A DNA stretch of 2,149 bases, taken from Dictyostelium discoideum (taxonomy: Eukaryota). Positions within the stretch are counted from its first letter, which is position 1, and each line of letters starts with the position of its first letter. Shown here in pieces: positions 1 to 2,149 of the stretch. Below the pieces are notes generated by a model. It ran no database searches and had not been told where the DNA came from. It saw only the letters and a list, made by a program, of their open reading frames with translations. The DNA is taken from the NCBI GenBank assembly GCA_000004695.1, contig CH709177.1, forward strand, positions 1 to 2,149. Direction: 5' to 3'. Both the position numbers and the translations under genes were made by a program.

Positions 1-227
<227 letters not shown>

Positions 228-244
<17 letters not shown>

Positions 245-925
245 ATTGGAAGAGGAGAGAAAACAAGAACAAAAGAAAAAGAAAGAATTGGATGATCAAG
301 AATGGAAGAGAAAGGAACAACAATATCAATCTGATCTTCAATTGGAAAAAGAGAAACAATCTGCATTAGAGTTGGAACGTGAACGTGAAATTCAATCAAT
401 TCTTGAATCAGAGAAACAACGTCAACAACAAGTTGAACTTGAAATTCAACAAGAAAAAGAAAGAACCAAACAATTACAACAACAATGGGAACAAGAGAAA
501 TTGAAATTGGAAGAGGAAAGAAAAGGATTGGAAAATAAAAAATCATTGGAAATGGCTCAAAAGAAACAAGAACTATTAGAGTTAAATAAAAAGATTGAAC
601 AAGAACAACGTGATCTAGAAGAACGTATTCAAAAAGAACAAAAAGAAAAAGATCAAAGAGAAAAGCAAGATCAATTGGCTCAAATGGAATTAGAAAGAGA
701 AAGAGAAAGAGAAAAAGAAGAAAAAAAGAGAAAACAACAACAATTGGCTCAATTAGAAAAAGAAGAAAGAGAAAGAAATGAAAAACTTGAAAAAGATAGA
801 CAATTACAATTAGAACAAGAAATTGAAAAAGAAAGAAAATTAAAACAACAACAAAAAGAAAAAGAACAAAAAGAACAAAAAGAAAAAAGAGAACAAAGAG
901 AAAAAGAAGAACAAAAATCAAAAGA
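228..925 (+). repeat. Tandem direct repeat copy 1 of a ~700-bp coiled-coil module. Its partner is 1209..1906 (period 981 bp).
   Basis: By-eye alignment shows 698 bp identical except 527 g / 1508 a and 665 g / 1646 a. The two copies are separated by a 283-bp segment (926..1208) that contains the junction motifs, the (AAT)n tract and the N-rich/acidic segment. Confidence 0.9.
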
Positions 926-965
926 AATGTTTGTTGATCAATTGGAACACCAAATAAAAATGTAA
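234..965 (+). CDS. Coiled-coil E/K/Q/R-rich repeat protein ORF (tandem copy 1). It has no ATG start: the frame opens directly after the TGA at 210..212, and the track's start at 234 is a TTG. Possibly a headless or pseudogenised copy, or part of a larger frame-shifted gene.
   Basis: ORF-track frame is open 213..962 with stop TAA at 963..965. The translation is a long low-complexity coiled-coil: LEEERKQEQKKKKELDDQEW...LEREREREKEEKKRKQQQLAQLEKEERERNEKLEKDRQLQLEQEIEKERKLKQQQKEKEQKEQKEKREQREKEEQKSKE, then MFVDQLEHQ from a second copy of the unit-start motif, then IKM*. Codon usage is typical of AT-rich amoebozoan genes. Internal ATGs are only at ~551 and ~683. Confidence 0.5.
905..953 (+). repeat. 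Junction element J (unit-end aaagaagaacaaaaatcaaaagaa + unit-start aatgtttgttgatcaattggaacaccaa), occurrence 1. Occurrence 2 is at 1172..1226 with 4 extra nt (gata). Inverted partial copies lie at 2..21 (unit-end) and 198..225 (unit-start).
   Basis: Exact shared strings were found by inspection: 24 nt unit-end and 28 nt unit-start in both direct occurrences, and 20 nt plus 27 nt in the inverted occurrences that flank the kinase fragment. Confidence 0.85.
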
Positions 966-975
966 AGAATAATAA

Positions 976-1006
<31 letters not shown>

Positions 1007-1210
1007 GGAAATAATAATACTACTTTAATAAATACTGAAAATAATAATAATATAACTAAATTTGATGACGACTCAGAAAAAGAATCTGAAGAAGAACCAA
1101 AGCCAATTATCATAAAAGAAGAACCAAAAATAGTTTCAGTTAAAGTTGAATCCAAAAAGGTCGTCGTTAAAGAAGAAGAACAAAAATCAAAAGAAGATAA
1201 TGTTTGTTGA
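938..1210 (+). CDS. Asn-rich / acidic coding-like segment in frame +2 (no ATG). Possibly a linker exon of a larger repeat protein whose reading frame is broken at both flanking junctions.
   Basis: Frame 2 reads SIGTPNKNVKNNKYNNNNNNNNNGNNNTTLINTENNNNITKFDDDSEKESEEEPKPIIIKEEPKIVSVKVESKKVVVKEEEQKSKEDNVC and stops at TGA 1208..1210. Segment 1061..1199 is less AT-rich and looks like coding sequence. The other two frames are full of stops here. The segment is bounded by unit-start motif 926..953 and unit-end motif 1172..1195. Confidence 0.3.
978..1006 (+). repeat. (ATA/AAT)n trinucleotide microsatellite, ~9.7 units. A shorter (AAT)4 lies at ~1040..1051. In frame 2 it encodes poly-Asn.
   Basis: ataataataataataataataataataat is read directly from the sequence. 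Poly-Asn tracts of this kind are characteristic of dictyostelid coding regions (established knowledge). Confidence 0.9.
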
Positions 1211-1940
1211 TCAATTGGAACACCAATTGGAAGAGGAGAGAAAACAAGAACAAAAGAAAAAGAAAGAATTGGATGATCAAGAATGGAAGAGAAAGGAACA
1301 ACAATATCAATCTGATCTTCAATTGGAAAAAGAGAAACAATCTGCATTAGAGTTGGAACGTGAACGTGAAATTCAATCAATTCTTGAATCAGAGAAACAA
1401 CGTCAACAACAAGTTGAACTTGAAATTCAACAAGAAAAAGAAAGAACCAAACAATTACAACAACAATGGGAACAAGAGAAATTGAAATTGGAAGAGGAAA
1501 GAAAAGAATTGGAAAATAAAAAATCATTGGAAATGGCTCAAAAGAAACAAGAACTATTAGAGTTAAATAAAAAGATTGAACAAGAACAACGTGATCTAGA
1601 AGAACGTATTCAAAAAGAACAAAAAGAAAAAGATCAAAGAGAAAAACAAGATCAATTGGCTCAAATGGAATTAGAAAGAGAAAGAGAAAGAGAAAAAGAA
1701 GAAAAAAAGAGAAAACAACAACAATTGGCTCAATTAGAAAAAGAAGAAAGAGAAAGAAATGAAAAACTTGAAAAAGATAGACAATTACAATTAGAACAAG
1801 AAATTGAAAAAGAAAGAAAATTAAAACAACAACAAAAAGAAAAAGAACAAAAAGAACAAAAAGAAAAAAGAGAACAAAGAGAAAAAGAAGAACAAAAATC
1901 AAAAGAGAAAAACAAGATCAATTGGCTCAAATGGAATTAG
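1200..1940 (+). CDS. Coiled-coil E/K/Q/R-rich repeat protein (tandem copy 2), with the ATG at 1200 lying inside the unit-start motif ([15 protein letters not shown]...). The ORF track begins it at TTG 1146.
   Basis: Frame 0 is open 1146..1937 with stop TAG 1938..1940. The first in-frame ATG is at 1200..1202 in an A-rich context (aagataATGttt). The protein is identical to copy 1 except G->E at one position (527 g vs 1508 a). The C-terminus KNKINWLKWN* results from an out-of-frame junction into the third partial repeat at ~1906. Confidence 0.5.
   Translation: MFVDQLEHQLEEERKQEQKKKKELDDQEWKRKEQQYQSDLQLEKEKQSALELEREREIQSILESEKQRQQQVELEIQQEKERTKQLQQQWEQEKLKLEEERKELENKKSLEMAQKKQELLELNKKIEQEQRDLEERIQKEQKEKDQREKQDQLAQMELEREREREKEEKKRKQQQLAQLEKEERERNEKLEKDRQLQLEQEIEKERKLKQQQKEKEQKEQKEKREQREKEEQKSKEKNKINWLKWN
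1209..1906 (+). repeat. Tandem direct repeat copy 2 of the coiled-coil module.
   Basis: See copy 1. The offset of 981 bp is a multiple of 3, so both copies are in the same reading frame. Confidence 0.9.
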
Positions 1941-2149
1941 AAAGAGAAAGAGAAAGAGAAAAAGAAGAAAAAAAGAGAAAACAACAACAATTGGCTCAAT
2001 TAGAAAAAGAAGAAAGAGAAAGAAATGAAAAACTTGAAAAAGATAGACAATTACAATTAGAACAAGAAATTGAAAAAGAAAGAAAATTAAAACAACAACA
2101 AAAAGAAAAAGAACAAAAAGAACAAAAAGAAAAAAGAGAACAAAGAGAA
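1808..2149 (+). CDS. Frame +2 open reading frame that continues the coiled-coil repeat (third, partial copy) to the window end. It is 3'-partial and the first ATG is at 1931.
   Basis: The last frame-2 stop is TGA 1805..1807. From 1904 the frame reads REKQDQLAQMELEREREREKEEKKRKQQQLAQLEKEERERNEKLEKDRQLQLEQEIEKERKLKQQQKEKEQKEQKEKREQRE, identical to copy-2 residues, because 1902..2149 duplicates 1636..1883 with a 266-bp (= 2 mod 3) offset. Confidence 0.3.
1902..2149 (+). repeat. Nested partial third copy. It duplicates 1636..1883 (and therefore 656..903) at an offset of 266 bp and runs off the window.
   Basis: The sequence from aaagagaaaaacaagatcaattggctcaaatgg to the end matches 1636..1883 base for base. 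The junction lies at ...aatcaaaaga|gaaaaacaag, and the internal site is preceded by the near-identical gatcaaaga (microhomology). Confidence 0.85.

Noticed and set aside
962-1139. Possible spliceosomal intron (gtaaag at 962..967, with candidate acceptors cag 1074..1076, tag 1131..1133 and cag 1137..1139) that would rescue the frame between copy 1 and the downstream coding.
   Set aside because: Each acceptor was tested for frame continuity and none gives an open downstream frame. The putative intron would also contain clearly coding-like, less AT-rich sequence (1061..1130), unlike typical short, >90% AT introns of this kind of genome.
1730-1930. 66-aa minus-strand ORF (S/F/C-rich).
   Set aside because: It is the same antisense low-complexity artifact and has no independent support.

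Overview
Strongly AT-rich eukaryotic sequence. Codon usage (GAA/AAA/CAA/TTA/ATT), an (AAT)n tract that encodes poly-Asn, and E/K/Q/R-rich coiled-coil coding all fit a dictyostelid-type social amoeba genome. The ORF track treats TTG as a start codon, but this is not bacterial.

The window is a mosaic of near-identical repeated modules, not a simple gene/intergenic layout.

(1) Minus strand, 206..~30: a clean in-frame fragment (~58 aa of clear homology) of an NDR/LATS-family AGC Ser/Thr kinase catalytic domain (GTPDYTAPE ... [19 protein letters not shown] ... [13 protein letters not shown]). It is cut mid-domain on both sides.

(2) Plus strand: a ~700-bp module encoding an E/K/Q-rich coiled-coil polypeptide. 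It is present twice in tandem (228..925 and 1209..1906, offset 981 bp, 2 mismatches). A third partial copy (1902..2149 = 1636..1883, offset 266 bp) runs off the window.

(3) Every module is bounded by the same ~50-bp junction element, which I call J. J is a Y-end ...aaagaagaacaaaaatcaaaagaa followed by an X-start aatgtttgttgatcaattggaacaccaa. The same boundaries, in inverted orientation, flank the kinase fragment (X-start inverted at 198..225, Y-end inverted at 2..21). In direct orientation they flank a 218-bp Asn-rich/acidic coding-like segment (954..1171). So three different bodies (coiled-coil, N-rich/acidic, kinase fragment) sit between identical boundaries like cassettes.

(4) All junctions are frame-breaking by +/-1 nt while the module bodies are intact. 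An 18-bp perfect palindromic fold-back (198..215 / 227..244) joins the inverted kinase cassette to coiled-coil copy 1.

Alternative readings: recent segmental duplication or gene-fragment capture, a pseudogenised array, or a chimeric or mis-assembled repeat region. No RNA genes, CRISPR arrays or recognisable transposon protein genes were seen.
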